Notes under the pieces: model-generated
What the model was told of the DNA's origin: nothing
The model's database searches: none
Seen by the model: the letters and a program-made list of their open reading frames with translations, nothing else
In this document: positions 1 through 11,202 of the stretch, piece by piece
Numbering within the stretch: the first letter of the stretch is position 1
How the letters are laid out: every line of letters begins with the position of its first letter
NCBI GenBank assembly: GCA_001003725.1
Contig: LCPR01000001.1
Coordinates: 23,410-87,409, forward strand
Direction: 5' to 3'
Source of the DNA: Candidatus Saccharibacteria bacterium GW2011_GWC2_48_9
GTDB taxonomy: Bacteria; Patescibacteriota; Saccharimonadia; Saccharimonadales; Saccharimonadaceae
Length of the DNA: 64,000 nucleotides
Program-made: the position numbers and the translations under genes

Positions 1-381
1 GTGAACATCGTCTGGAAAGTTTTTGATTTCGTTTTTCAATAAAGTATCCAGCGTTTTACTTGGCGAATTGTCGCTGGCGTGAAAAAACAACACCCGCACT
101 TCGTTTGCTGCGGAGCGAAATGTATCAAGATCGTAGTTGGTATAACTCGCGGAACCGATGATTTCTGACTGCTCTTTTTCGGCCGCAGTTTCCTCACCTT
201 CTTCTTTGCTTGCGTCGGTTTCGGCAGCGGGATCGTCTTCGGTCGTATCTTCGGTGCTACTGGACACGCTAGTACTTGTAGTGGTGGTTGCTGGTTTTGT
301 GCGGCTATCTAGTATGTAGGCGTACGTGATAGCGCCGCCAAACAATACTAAAATGCCACCAATTAGGAAATATTTTTTCAT
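1..381 (-). CDS. Membrane-anchored thioredoxin-fold-like protein, partial (runs off window start)
   Basis: Manual translation from ATG 381: MKKYFLIGGILVLFGGAITYAYIL (TM), Thr/Ser/Glu linker, then VRVLFFHASDNSPVSKTLD; TAATG overlap with ATPase stop. Confidence 0.6.
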   Translation of the reverse strand, partial: MKKYFLIGGILVLFGGAITYAYILDSRTKPATTTTSTSVSSSTEDTTEDDPAAETDASKEEGEETAAEKEQSEIIGSASYTNYDLDTFRSAANEVRVLFFHASDNSPSKTLDTLLKNEIKNFPDDVH

Positions 382-2903
382 TAATAACTTTCTCCTTTGC
401 GCCGTACCGAATGGCGCGAGTATAATTTTGATAACTCACCAACCGCCACTGGTGCGGCCACTGCCACTACACCAGTCCAAAGCAGATCATACGTAGATAC
501 GGCTGTCAGCCCGAGGAGGCTTGCTAGCGGTGTAGCTACGGTGAGAAGCTGTAGTGTTATGGTTGCAAAAAGTCCAGCATAGAAAACTCCGCTAAATGTA
601 CGGAGGCGTACAAGTGTTGACGTGTGGTCACTTCGCGCCACAAATGCGCTTGCAATTTGTAGCATTATGAGCGTATAAAAGGCAATGCTTCGTGCGTAGT
701 CTAGCCCTTGCGTGGAGATGAAGTAGGCAAACATGCCCACAGATACTACGGCCGCTGCTACGACCATCAGTGCGATGCGAGCAATGAGGTACCTCGGCAA
801 GATACTCTTGGTCGGTTTAACTGGATTTCGTTTCATGATGTTGCGGCTATGTGGTTCGAGCCCAAGTGGTATAGCAAGACTGATAGATGTGATGAGATTG
901 ATCCACAGTATTTGCACGGGCAGTAGCGCTGCCGGTAGTCCAAGGAGCAACGACAGTAGCACTATCGCGAGCTCGCTGAGATTGACGATAAGTATAAACT
1001 GGAGCATGCGTCGCATGTTGCCAAGTACTGTGCGGCTTTGTTTTATAGTCTCGAGTGTAGTTGAAAAGTTGTTGTTGAGTAATATGATGTCACTCGCATC
1101 GCGTGCGACTGCCGCACTTTGCTGTGAGCTGATTCCTACGTGCGCGTGAGTCAGTGCAGGCACATCTTCTATGGTGTCGCCTGTCATAGCTACTACGCCA
1201 TGACGCTTAAGGGCCATGAGTAATCGTTGTTTTTGGTCTGGGCTGGTGCGTGCAAACACTTTAGTATTGCGTGCGATGCGCTGAAGCTCGGCGTCACTAA
1301 GTAATGCGAGTTTTCTGCTGTCGAGTACTTCGTCTGTCGTCGAAACTATGCCCAGGCGTTTCGCTATGGAAAATGCTGTCTCGACGTGGTCGCCTGTTAC
1401 CATGCGGACAGTGATGCCTGCTCGCTGTGCTTGCTGAATCGCTTGCTTTGCGTCTGCTCGCAGGTGGTCGCGAAACGCAATGTAGCCATCGAATGTGAGC
1501 TTGGTACGTTTGGGCAACTTACTAAGTTGCGTAATTGGTTGGGAGAGTTCAACGTGCGCCAGTGCTATGACGTGACTTCCCTGTTTGGTGAGTTGGTGGA
1601 GTTGGTGAATTGCCTGCTCCTTTTCGCTTTCAGTCATGTCGGCTCGGTGAAGAATCTTTTCCGGCGCACCTTTGACAGCAAGTAAATAGCTGTTGCCTTG
1701 GTGCCAGAGGTTACCGCCGATACCAACTTCGTAGTGAAACTCGAATATCTTGGCGGGCTGCATTTTCGTTGCTTTATGGCCGGAGTTCGCTACATATTCT
1801 GCGATAGCTTGATCGTGTGTGTCGTGTTGGTGTGGTAGCACTGAATGATGCGCAATATTAAGAAGTTGTCGGGTGGCACCGTGGATGCTCCAATGTTCAC
1901 GCGCCTCGAGACGATCGCGCAAGAGAAGACCAGTTTTATCGACGGCGAGTGTGCTCAGCATGCTGGTAGACTCAATAGTGCGCATAGAGCGAAGTAATGC
2001 TCGTGAAGTGTAGAGCTTCTTAAGGCCTAGTGCGATGATGATAGACATGGCAATGGGTAGGTTTGCGGGTATGGCTGCGACGATGATAGCTATGAGGGAT
2101 TCTAGGGCATCATCGTACGACACTCCTCGAGCCAAGCTTAGGATAAGTACGACTACGCCACCACTCAATGCTATGAGCGTGAGTGTGCTAGTGAAACGTT
2201 CGATTTTACTCTGCAGTGTACTCTGTTGTTCGGCTTTTTTGACGATAGACGTGAGTAAACCATATTCGGTGTCGTTGCCTGTTGCGGTGATGATGTACTG
2301 CGCCGTACCGGTGAGTACGAACGTACCGAGATAGAGCATACTGCTTCGCTCTGGTAGTTCTGCGTCGCTATGAACAAGCTGCGCAGACTTGCCTACCGAC
2401 GCGGCGTGGCCACTCAGTTGGCTTTCGTTAACCCGAAGTTGCTGCGCATGGAGTACTCGCCCATCTGCTGGAATCCTGTCTCCGGCTGCCAAAAGTACGA
2501 TGTCTCCAGGCACAAGCTCCGCCGGATCAATATCTACCTCTATACCGTCTCGCCGCACCCGCGCACTTGCAGTTGCACTGCGCTCTATCGAGCGCAGTGT
2601 GCGTTCGTGGGTCAGGCTCTGGAAATAGTTGAGTGCGAGACTGACAGTCATAGTGAAAGTAATGAGCGCAGCTTCGACAAAATGCAATGACAGCACGCTC
2701 AGTAGTAATGTAAACGTGAGTATGAGCATGAAGATGTTTGCAAACGGCTCGCTCACTACTCTCCATAGGGAGCGACGTGCGAGGCGAATGGTGTTGCGGC
2801 CGTGTTGAGCCAGCCGTGCCTCGGCATAAATATGATGCAAGCCCTTTTCGGACGTCTCGAATTCTTTGAGCACATCTTCGGTCGCGTGTGCATGATATAG
2901 CAT
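381..2903 (-). CDS. P-type ATPase, type II-like, with degenerate motifs
   Basis: DKTG phosphorylation motif, KGAPE, MVTGD, about 10 TM segments. Confidence 0.9.
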   Translation of the reverse strand: MLYHAHATEDVLKEFETSEKGLHHIYAEARLAQHGRNTIRLARRSLWRVVSEPFANIFMLILTFTLLLSVLSLHFVEAALITFTMTVSLALNYFQSLTHERTLRSIERSATASARVRRDGIEVDIDPAELVPGDIVLLAAGDRIPADGRVLHAQQLRVNESQLSGHAASVGKSAQLVHSDAELPERSSMLYLGTFVLTGTAQYIITATGNDTEYGLLTSIVKKAEQQSTLQSKIERFTSTLTLIALSGGVVVLILSLARGVSYDDALESLIAIIVAAIPANLPIAMSIIIALGLKKLYTSRALLRSMRTIESTSMLSTLAVDKTGLLLRDRLEAREHWSIHGATRQLLNIAHHSVLPHQHDTHDQAIAEYVANSGHKATKMQPAKIFEFHYEVGIGGNLWHQGNSYLLAVKGAPEKILHRADMTESEKEQAIHQLHQLTKQGSHVIALAHVELSQPITQLSKLPKRTKLTFDGYIAFRDHLRADAKQAIQQAQRAGITVRMVTGDHVETAFSIAKRLGIVSTTDEVLDSRKLALLSDAELQRIARNTKVFARTSPDQKQRLLMALKRHGVVAMTGDTIEDVPALTHAHVGISSQQSAAVARDASDIILLNNNFSTTLETIKQSRTVLGNMRRMLQFILIVNLSELAIVLLSLLLGLPAALLPVQILWINLITSISLAIPLGLEPHSRNIMKRNPVKPTKSILPRYLIARIALMVVAAAVVSVGMFAYFISTQGLDYARSIAFYTLIMLQIASAFVARSDHTSTLVRLRTFSGVFYAGLFATITLQLLTVATPLASLLGLTAVSTYDLLWTGVVAVAAPVAVGELSKLYSRHSVRRKGESY

Positions 2904-2910
2904 AAGCTCT

Positions 2911-2919
2911 ATTATAGCA
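2911..2919 (-). promoter_or_regulatory. Extended -10 promoter (TGCTATAAT), 7 nt before ATG; probable leaderless mRNA
   Basis: Reverse complement of attatagca; no SD between it and the start codon. Confidence 0.6.
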
Positions 2920-2924
2920 AAAAT

Positions 2925-2965
2925 ACGGCGCGCCGAGTGAGTGAAACTCTCTCAGAGCGCGCCGT
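2925..2965 (-). terminator. GC-rich hairpin after greA-like gene
   Basis: acggcgcgc ... gcgcgccgt inverted repeat. Confidence 0.5.
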
Positions 2966-2993
2966 TAGGAATAATTGCAAGTTGAAGTGGTGG

Positions 2994-3464
2994 TTAGCTA
3001 ATGCGCACAAGTTGCAATTTGTTAGCTCGTAATCCGACATTCCATTCGACTGTTTCTGCGGCACTGCGGCCTACAAGACTTTGGCCGAGCGGGCTTTTGA
3101 CAGAAATACGACCATCGCTTGGATTTGCCTCAAGACTGTCGACGAGTGTGTACCGGACAATACGGCCCTTTGTGTCAACTAGGTCTACAACGGAGCCTAG
3201 GGCAACCTTGAGCGCATCGCGCTTGCGTGGTAGCTGCTTGGCATTTTCCTGTTGTGAGCGTTTGTCGGCAAGCTCTGCTTTGAGTAGTTCAACGCGCGAT
3301 AACGCTTCAATGCGCTCAAATCGCTCTTCTCGCGAATCTATGCGTTCTAATTCTCTGAGGTCATGTTCTGCGTGGTGGAGCGAATGCTCAAGGTTTGCGA
3401 TTTGTTTCTTGAGCTCTTTCATGCCTTTTTTACTGAGATAAACAATTTTCTGTTCGGTAATCAT
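2994..3464 (-). CDS. greA: GreA/GreB family transcription elongation factor
   Basis: N-terminal coiled coil, C-terminal ISVKSPLGQSLVG; start reset to ATG 3464 after AAGGAG. Confidence 0.8.
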   Translation of the reverse strand: MITEQKIVYLSKKGMKELKKQIANLEHSLHHAEHDLRELERIDSREERFERIEALSRVELLKAELADKRSQQENAKQLPRKRDALKVALGSVVDLVDTKGRIVRYTLVDSLEANPSDGRISVKSPLGQSLVGRSAAETVEWNVGLRANKLQLVRIS

Positions 3465-3578
3465 GATAGTCTCCTTTTCGTTTTTGTAGCCATCCTGTAG
3501 GCTACTGGCGATAGTATGACAAAGATATCTGAGTGTTGGCTGAATAATACTGCTTATGTACAAAATATACAACAATTG

Positions 3579-4595
3579 CTACTGCGACAGGGGTAATCGT
3601 ACAGTAAATTTGGTGAAAATACCTGGCTGGCTTGTCACTGTCAGCTCGCCGTGATGCAATTCTACGATTTTCTTTGCAAGAGGCAGTCCGAGACCATAGC
3701 CGAACTCAGCTTGCTGTGTGCGTGAACTGTCGCCTCTATAAAACCTCGTGAATATGTTTGGTAGCTGCTCTGCTTCGATACCGCGGCCCGTGTTGGTGAC
3801 GCTGATCTCGACGGCACGAACCCGACGCTTGAGCGACACGGTAACCCTACTTTTTGGCGGACTGTATTTTAGCGCGTTGTCGAGTAGTACAACGGCCAGT
3901 TCGGTGATACTAGCCGGGTTGGCTTCTATGTCGGGAATTTTTTTGACAGCAGAGATATCTACTCTATCGCCTCTTTCTCCAAGCGAGCGTATCGCCACGT
4001 CGAGCGTTTCGGTGATATTGAACGTACGCCATTCGAGCGTGCTATGCTCTAGTTTAGCAAGCTTGAGGAGCGTATTTGAGAGTGAACTTAGTCTGTCGAC
4101 TTCTTCGAGCGTGCTATGCATAACTTGCTTGTAGTCACTTTTTTTAGCGTGCGGATCTGAGAGCGCAACTTCTATTTCTGTCTTCATGACAGTGAGCGGT
4201 GTCCTGAGTTCGTGGCTAGCATCGCTAGTAAAACGAGCCTGTGCATCGTGTGCGGCTTCGATAGGTCCTAATGTGCGGCGCGCCCATACATAGCCGGCCA
4301 CACTAGAGATACCAAGAAGCGCAACGTTTGCATATATCAACATTGTGACAATATTGTGTTTAGCTTCGGTAACCTGTCGGTCGCGTACGATCTGAAAGTC
4401 AAATCCATCTTGCTCAAGCAGTGTGGTACTTTGAGATAGCCTGGTTTCAATAACTTCGAATCTTGCGTAAAGCTCACCACTTGCAAAATTGTAGACAATC
4501 ACGCTAAAAGTAACGCTCAGTAGCATGACTCCCAGCATATACCAGGTGGTCAGTTTGAGTGTGGCAGACCGAAACATATTCTGGACGTTTTGCAT
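3579..4595 (-). CDS. Sensor histidine kinase
   Basis: H-box ASHELRTPL, N-box LLDNALKYS, GLGL G2 box, 2 TM. Confidence 0.95.
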   Translation of the reverse strand: MQNVQNMFRSATLKLTTWYMLGVMLLSVTFSVIVYNFASGELYARFEVIETRLSQSTTLLEQDGFDFQIVRDRQVTEAKHNIVTMLIYANVALLGISSVAGYVWARRTLGPIEAAHDAQARFTSDASHELRTPLTVMKTEIEVALSDPHAKKSDYKQVMHSTLEEVDRLSSLSNTLLKLAKLEHSTLEWRTFNITETLDVAIRSLGERGDRVDISAVKKIPDIEANPASITELAVVLLDNALKYSPPKSRVTVSLKRRVRAVEISVTNTGRGIEAEQLPNIFTRFYRGDSSRTQQAEFGYGLGLPLAKKIVELHHGELTVTSQPGIFTKFTVRLPLSQ

Positions 4596-5269
4596 CAGTC
4601 GACCTCGAGTTTGTAGCCAACGCCGCGGACGGTTCTTAGATAGTGGACACCATGCGCGTCGTCTATTTTAGTGCGAAGATATTTTATATATACCTCGACG
4701 GTATTGGGTAAGATGTCTGCATCGAAATCCCACACGTGGCTGATGATTTGGTCTTTTGAAACAGGGCGACCAACCGAGCGCATGAGATACTCGAGGAGCG
4801 CGAGCTCTTTGACTGTGAGTGCAAGGGGTGTGCCGTCGAAAGACGCTTCGTGGAGTGAGGTGTTCAGTTGCAACTTGCCGGCAGTCAGTATGGTGTCTTG
4901 TTGCGCTACGGGCCGGCGGAGTAATGCGCGTACTCTTGCCTGCAGTTCTGCTATAGAAAAAGGTTTTGCGAGGTAATCGTCTGCTCCCGCATCTAATCCT
5001 TGGGTCTTTTGTTCTACGCTACCGAGTGCGGTGAGTAGCAATGTCGGTGTCATGATATGTTCTTTACGGAGTACTTTCAGTAATTCTACGCCGTCATACT
5101 CTCCGGGTAACAACCAATCTAAAATCAGCACATCGTAGGGCTCGGTGCTCGCCATTGCGTACCCAGCGTCGCTATCGTGTTCGACGTCAACTGCGTAGCC
5201 CTCGCCTCGCAGTGTGCGAGCCAGTGCATTGGCAATCTTTACTTCGTCTTCTACGATTAGTATGCGCAC
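4595..5269 (-). CDS. OmpR/PhoB family response regulator
   Basis: Receiver (VEDE, ILDW, DDYLAKPF) plus winged helix (TVRGVGY). Confidence 0.95.
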   Translation of the reverse strand: MRILIVEDEVKIANALARTLRGEGYAVDVEHDSDAGYAMASTEPYDVLILDWLLPGEYDGVELLKVLRKEHIMTPTLLLTALGSVEQKTQGLDAGADDYLAKPFSIAELQARVRALLRRPVAQQDTILTAGKLQLNTSLHEASFDGTPLALTVKELALLEYLMRSVGRPVSKDQIISHVWDFDADILPNTVEVYIKYLRTKIDDAHGVHYLRTVRGVGYKLEVD

Positions 5270-5276
5270 TTGTACA

Positions 5277-6509
5277 CTACTTTCGTTTTAGTCTCAGTGT
5301 CTTGAGTGACAAGCGTCCGCTATATTCCATAGCGCCGTAGCGGAATAGTCGAACCGATAGCATGATGACTATTGTGCCGAGTATGATCAATGTACTGATG
5401 ACAATAGCTGCATCGAGAACGCTAAGTGAGCCAAATGCGTTACGCAGCAACGCAGTGACGGGGGCCGTGTACGGGAAGAAAGTGAACGCTTGTACGACTG
5501 GCGCCGATGGATCGCTCAATATAAGCATGATTATATAAAACGGTACGAACATGACGAGTATAGCAAGACCAAAATACTGGCCAGCTTCTTTTGCTGTCGG
5601 CATGATCGCTCCCACAGCAATGAGTGTTCCGGTAAAGAGCATCATGCCACCTATCATTAGTAGGGCGCCAATTATCATTGCCGTAGGGTCAAATGTCAGT
5701 TGTGACAAAATATCAGCGTTTGGCAAATTGATCGATTCTGCCCCGAGCAGGAAATAGGCTGCGACCGCCGGCGACAGCATCACCACTGCCTGTACAATGC
5801 CCGCCATAAACGTAGCTAAGAGCTTTCCGACGATAAGTACTGTTGGGTTGAGCGTCGTCAAGATCATTTCTGTGACGCGGTTTTCTTTTTCTTCGACGGT
5901 GCTGTTGAGAAGGTTGTTACCGAGCATTGCTATGGTCAGGTAAAACAGGACCAAAAATAGTAACGGTGGTATGGCAGCAAACCAGCCAGCGGAGACCTCG
6001 CCATTTTCTTTGTAGGTAGTGCTCTCGGTCGATATCGTTCCCTGGGTGACAGCGATGAGCTCAGGGTTATCGATGGTGGCTGATGCGCTTATCTTGAGCA
6101 TCTGTTCGGCTACAGCCGAGTACTTACCGTTATTGAAGAGCCCGTCATCTTTTCCGTATATCTCGACGCTTTCTTTGCTGAGATTTTTTGGATAGTAGAA
6201 AAATGCATCTATATCGCCAGAGCGTACGTCTTCAATCGCCGCTTCTTTGTTGGCTACTGACTTGGCTCTCAGATTCTCGGCCACCTGAGGTAATACGACG
6301 TCAGATTCGTCTTGATATACGATAGAGAATTTTTCTTTCGCCAATTGATCGCTCGTATCGCTCGAAGATTTGCTACTGTAGAAGACGATGCCAATAACGG
6401 CTGCGAATAGCAATGGGAACGAAAGTGTCGCTATCCAGAACGATGGTTTTTTGACTGTCCTCCAAAATTCAAACGAAACTACTGTACTAAGATTGTGTCG
6501 TGAAGCCAT
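5277..6509 (-). CDS. ABC-2 type permease (NatB-like)
   Basis: VEEKENRVTEMIL, GK motif, multiple TM. Confidence 0.9.
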   Translation of the reverse strand: MASRHNLSTVVSFEFWRTVKKPSFWIATLSFPLLFAAVIGIVFYSSKSSSDTSDQLAKEKFSIVYQDESDVVLPQVAENLRAKSVANKEAAIEDVRSGDIDAFFYYPKNLSKESVEIYGKDDGLFNNGKYSAVAEQMLKISASATIDNPELIAVTQGTISTESTTYKENGEVSAGWFAAIPPLLFLVLFYLTIAMLGNNLLNSTVEEKENRVTEMILTTLNPTVLIVGKLLATFMAGIVQAVVMLSPAVAAYFLLGAESINLPNADILSQLTFDPTAMIIGALLMIGGMMLFTGTLIAVGAIMPTAKEAGQYFGLAILVMFVPFYIIMLILSDPSAPVVQAFTFFPYTAPVTALLRNAFGSLSVLDAAIVISTLIILGTIVIMLSVRLFRYGAMEYSGRLSLKTLRLKRK

Positions 6510-6511
6510 GA

Positions 6512-7267
6512 TTATTCCTCCCCTCCTTGCAGTACTGCGTCTTCGCCGTATACATGCAAGAACACATCATCCATGTTCTTCTTCTTAAACTGCGCTAATA
6601 CTTCTGGCACTGTGCCGTACGCGGCCTTGTTGCCATCTTTGAGTAGTATTAATCTGTCGCATAGTCGTTCGACTTCTGACATGTCGTGAGTGATGAGCAT
6701 AATAGTTGCACCTTTCGCACGCTGTTGTTCGATGATATCCATGAGGAGGCGCCTATTTACAGGGTCAAATCCCTTAGTTGGTTCGTCAAGAATCAAAACT
6801 TTTGGATCGTTCATGATAGTGACACCGAGCTGAACCTTTTGCTGCTGTCCGCCTGAAAGTTTGTCGACTTTGCTTTTCGCTTTGTCGGCGAGCTGTACGC
6901 GCTCGAGGTATTTCATCGACCATTCGCGGGCCTCTTGCTTGCCAAGGCCTTTAAGTTGGCCGAAGTATGTCATGACATCAATTACAGATTCTTTTTTGTA
7001 GAGGCCGCGCTCTTCAGGCAAATAGCCGAGCATTTTGCCATCTTCTGGCGTAAACTCTTTGCCGTTGATATGGAGTGTGCCAAGGGTTGGTTGATATATG
7101 CCAAGTAGCGCACGCATAGTAGTGGTCTTGCCGCTGCCGTTACTGCCAAGGAAACCAAAGGTTTCCCCTTCTTTTACTTCAAACGATAAATTGTCGATGA
7201 CTGTCTTGTCTCCGAACTTCATCGAAAACTGATCGATGGAAATAACTGGTTGAGCTGATTTTATCAC
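6512..7267 (-). CDS. ABC transporter ATP-binding protein
   Basis: Walker A GSNGSGKT, LSGGQ, ILDEP; GTG start at 7267 after TAAGGAGG. Confidence 0.95.
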   Translation of the reverse strand: MIKSAQPVISIDQFSMKFGDKTVIDNLSFEVKEGETFGFLGSNGSGKTTTMRALLGIYQPTLGTLHINGKEFTPEDGKMLGYLPEERGLYKKESVIDVMTYFGQLKGLGKQEAREWSMKYLERVQLADKAKSKVDKLSGGQQQKVQLGVTIMNDPKVLILDEPTKGFDPVNRRLLMDIIEQQRAKGATIMLITHDMSEVERLCDRLILLKDGNKAAYGTVPEVLAQFKKKNMDDVFLHVYGEDAVLQGGEE

Positions 7268-7351
7268 GCATACCTCCTTATAGACCTTACTACTATACCG
7301 CAAAACCCACTGCTCTCGCAACTCAGCCTAGGTCGGTATGGTACTATATAA

Positions 7352-8557
<1,206 letters not shown>

Positions 8558-8607
8558 GTCTTAATCCTGCGCATATGTTGTGATATACTCATTACAAAAG
8601 AGGTGTC

Positions 8608-9741
8608 ATGAAAGTACGTATAGAGATAGATACACATACATTTGTAAGATTTTGGTTAGTTATAGCCGGCCTTGCGTTGGCTGCGTTTGCTATATATAGC
8701 GCAAGGACCGCACTTGTCATCATCGGTGCGGCGCTATTTTTGGCGGTTGCGTTGCATAATCCCGTCACAAAATTAGTGAAATATTTACCGGGTAAAAGCC
8801 GTATTGTGAGTACGGCTATATCATTTACTGCCATCGTCGTATTTCTGGCTGGGTTTATTGGGCTCGTTGTACCCCCTGTTATAGAGCAGACGGCAAAAGT
8901 TGCCGATAGCGTGCCATATCTTGTCGACACCGCAAAGGGCCAATGGGGTCTCGCCGATGATATTATCGATCGTTATAACTTGCAGCCTCAGGTGGATCGT
9001 GCAGTCGAGAATATCAATCAAAATGCCAGTTCATGGGCTACCAATGCTGGTAAGACATTGATATCTAGCGTGAGTTCGTTGTTTAACTTCTTCGCAGCAC
9101 TACTACTTATGCTGGTGTTGGCGTTTTTGATGCTTGTTGAAGGGCCAAACTGGCTGCGTCGTCTTTGGGGTGTGTACAAAGATGAAGAACGTATGAAATA
9201 TCACCAGAAGCTACTGCATCGTATGCATTTAGTGGTAGCTGGCTATGTGACTGGCCAGCTAGCGGTGTCTGGCATAGGAGCATTGACTGCTGGCTTGGTG
9301 GTTTTTGCGCTGCATTTCATCTTCCCGAACATTCCGATGAATCTCGCACTACCTACCCTCGCCATTGCGTTTGTATTCTCACTTATTCCCATGTTTGGTG
9401 CAACGATTGCCGGTATCTTGATTACGATACTACTTGCTTTTAACGACGTAACGGCGGCGATTGTATTTGCAGCATTCTTCATCATCTACCAACAGATAGA
9501 AAACAATTTCATCTCCCCTACTATACAATCGAAAACAGTCGAGCTTTCTGCTCTCGCAGTGTTGGTTGCGGTGACCATAGGACTATACGTATTTGGTCTA
9601 GCCGGTGGTATTATCTCGATTCCTATTGCAGGATTCGTAAAGGTATTTGTTGAAGATCACTTTGAGCGCGCAAGGGCGTCACGCAAAAAATCACAAAAGC
9701 CACTGCACAAATTTGTTAAAAAGATCCAAGAAGAAGCGTAG
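8608..9741 (+). CDS. AI-2E family transporter
   Basis: IPMFGA, QQIENNFISP motifs, multi-TM. Confidence 0.9.
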   Translation: MKVRIEIDTHTFVRFWLVIAGLALAAFAIYSARTALVIIGAALFLAVALHNPVTKLVKYLPGKSRIVSTAISFTAIVVFLAGFIGLVVPPVIEQTAKVADSVPYLVDTAKGQWGLADDIIDRYNLQPQVDRAVENINQNASSWATNAGKTLISSVSSLFNFFAALLLMLVLAFLMLVEGPNWLRRLWGVYKDEERMKYHQKLLHRMHLVVAGYVTGQLAVSGIGALTAGLVVFALHFIFPNIPMNLALPTLAIAFVFSLIPMFGATIAGILITILLAFNDVTAAIVFAAFFIIYQQIENNFISPTIQSKTVELSALAVLVAVTIGLYVFGLAGGIISIPIAGFVKVFVEDHFERARASRKKSQKPLHKFVKKIQEEA

Positions 9742-9744
9742 CTT

Positions 9745-11199
9745 CTACTCTACGTATTCCCAGCTTGATGCTTCGGCGTTGTCTCGTACCTGAATACCAT
9801 CGGCCAGCAGTGCGTCGCGTAACTCATCTGAACGTTTCCAGTCTTTGTCGTCGCGAGCTCTCCGTCGCTCAAGAATAGTTTGTTTCTGACTATCTGATAT
9901 ATCAGCTGTGGTTGCCATGAGGTTAAACCCTAGTACTGAATCGATTTTTTCGATAAACTCTATGAGCGCCAATCTGTCGATTGTAGCAGGTGACGCCACG
10001 AGTATGTTGCCGAGGACCTTGTCTATATGAGCAAGAGCTTCTGGTGTATTCATATTGTCGTTAAGCGTTTCAACGAGTGCACCTATGGCAGCGTACGATG
10101 GCGTACGCATGGTATCAGCCGCTGGCCTGAGTGTTTCGTGGATCTGATGACGCAGTACAGCTGCCCGGCGCCAGTTATGCAGTCTTCGCTTTGCAGCTTC
10201 GAGATTTTCGAACGTGAAGTTTCCTTCGGTTTGATAACTACTTTGTAATACAAACATTCGCAGGGCTTCGGGCGAGTAACCCTTTGCTTCTAAGTCGTCG
10301 AGCGTGTAGCCGTTGCCCAGACTCTTGCTGATTTTTGTACCGTCTACCTTTAAGTGATTGTTATGCAGCCAATAGTTGCTAAATCGTTCGCCTGTCGCCG
10401 CTTCGCTTTGTGCAATCTCGTTTGTGTGATGTACGGGTATATGATCGATGCCGCCGGTGTGAATGTCGAGCGTGTGTCCGAGTAAGTCCATGGCCATAGC
10501 GGAGCATTCAAGATGCCAGCCTGGAAAGCCTTTACGAGACTCTTTAGGCTCAGTTAGTAGGTTCTCGGGGGTGTGCCATTCCATATCGCGCGTTTCGCCT
10601 GGTGGCGTAAACTTCCATAACGCAAAATCACTAGCGTTTCGCTTTTCTTGGTTGAACTCAACTCGCGCACCAGCCTTTTGTGCATCGACATCAAGGTGCG
10701 CAAAATCTGCGTAGGTAGAAAACTTACTGGTATCAAAGTAAATCCCGTCGTCAATCTGGTAGGTGTAGCCTCGTTGCTGCAGTGTATGTACAAGCTCGAG
10801 TTGCTGAGGAATGTAATCGGTAGCTTTGGTGATGTATTCTGGCTTTTTCAAATTGAGGCGTTCCATGCCACGCAAAAAATCGTCGCCGTAGAATTTCGCG
10901 ACGTCCCACGCGGTTTTGCCTTCACGACGTGCACCTTTTTCTAGTTTGTCTTCGCCGTCATCGGCGTCGCTCACCAGGTGACCAACGTCGGTAATATTCA
11001 TAACGCGGTGAACGGTGTAATTATTTGCCTCAAGCAGACGAACTAGTACATCCCAGTAGATATACGCTGTCCAGTTGCCTACTGTAAGGTGGTCGTAAAC
11101 GGTTGGTCCGCAGGTGTATAGCTTTACCGCACCTTCGTGCTGTGGAATAAATTTTTCGGTCGTGCGTGTGCGGGTATTATAAAACTGTAAACTGCTCAT
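9745..11199 (-). CDS. cysS: Cysteinyl-tRNA synthetase
   Basis: YTCGPTVY, GWHLECSAM, KISKS. Confidence 0.97.
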   Translation of the reverse strand: MSSLQFYNTRTRTTEKFIPQHEGAVKLYTCGPTVYDHLTVGNWTAYIYWDVLVRLLEANNYTVHRVMNITDVGHLVSDADDGEDKLEKGARREGKTAWDVAKFYGDDFLRGMERLNLKKPEYITKATDYIPQQLELVHTLQQRGYTYQIDDGIYFDTSKFSTYADFAHLDVDAQKAGARVEFNQEKRNASDFALWKFTPPGETRDMEWHTPENLLTEPKESRKGFPGWHLECSAMAMDLLGHTLDIHTGGIDHIPVHHTNEIAQSEAATGERFSNYWLHNNHLKVDGTKISKSLGNGYTLDDLEAKGYSPEALRMFVLQSSYQTEGNFTFENLEAAKRRLHNWRRAAVLRHQIHETLRPAADTMRTPSYAAIGALVETLNDNMNTPEALAHIDKVLGNILVASPATIDRLALIEFIEKIDSVLGFNLMATTADISDSQKQTILERRRARDDKDWKRSDELRDALLADGIQVRDNAEASSWEYVE

Positions 11200-11202
11200 G
11201 TA

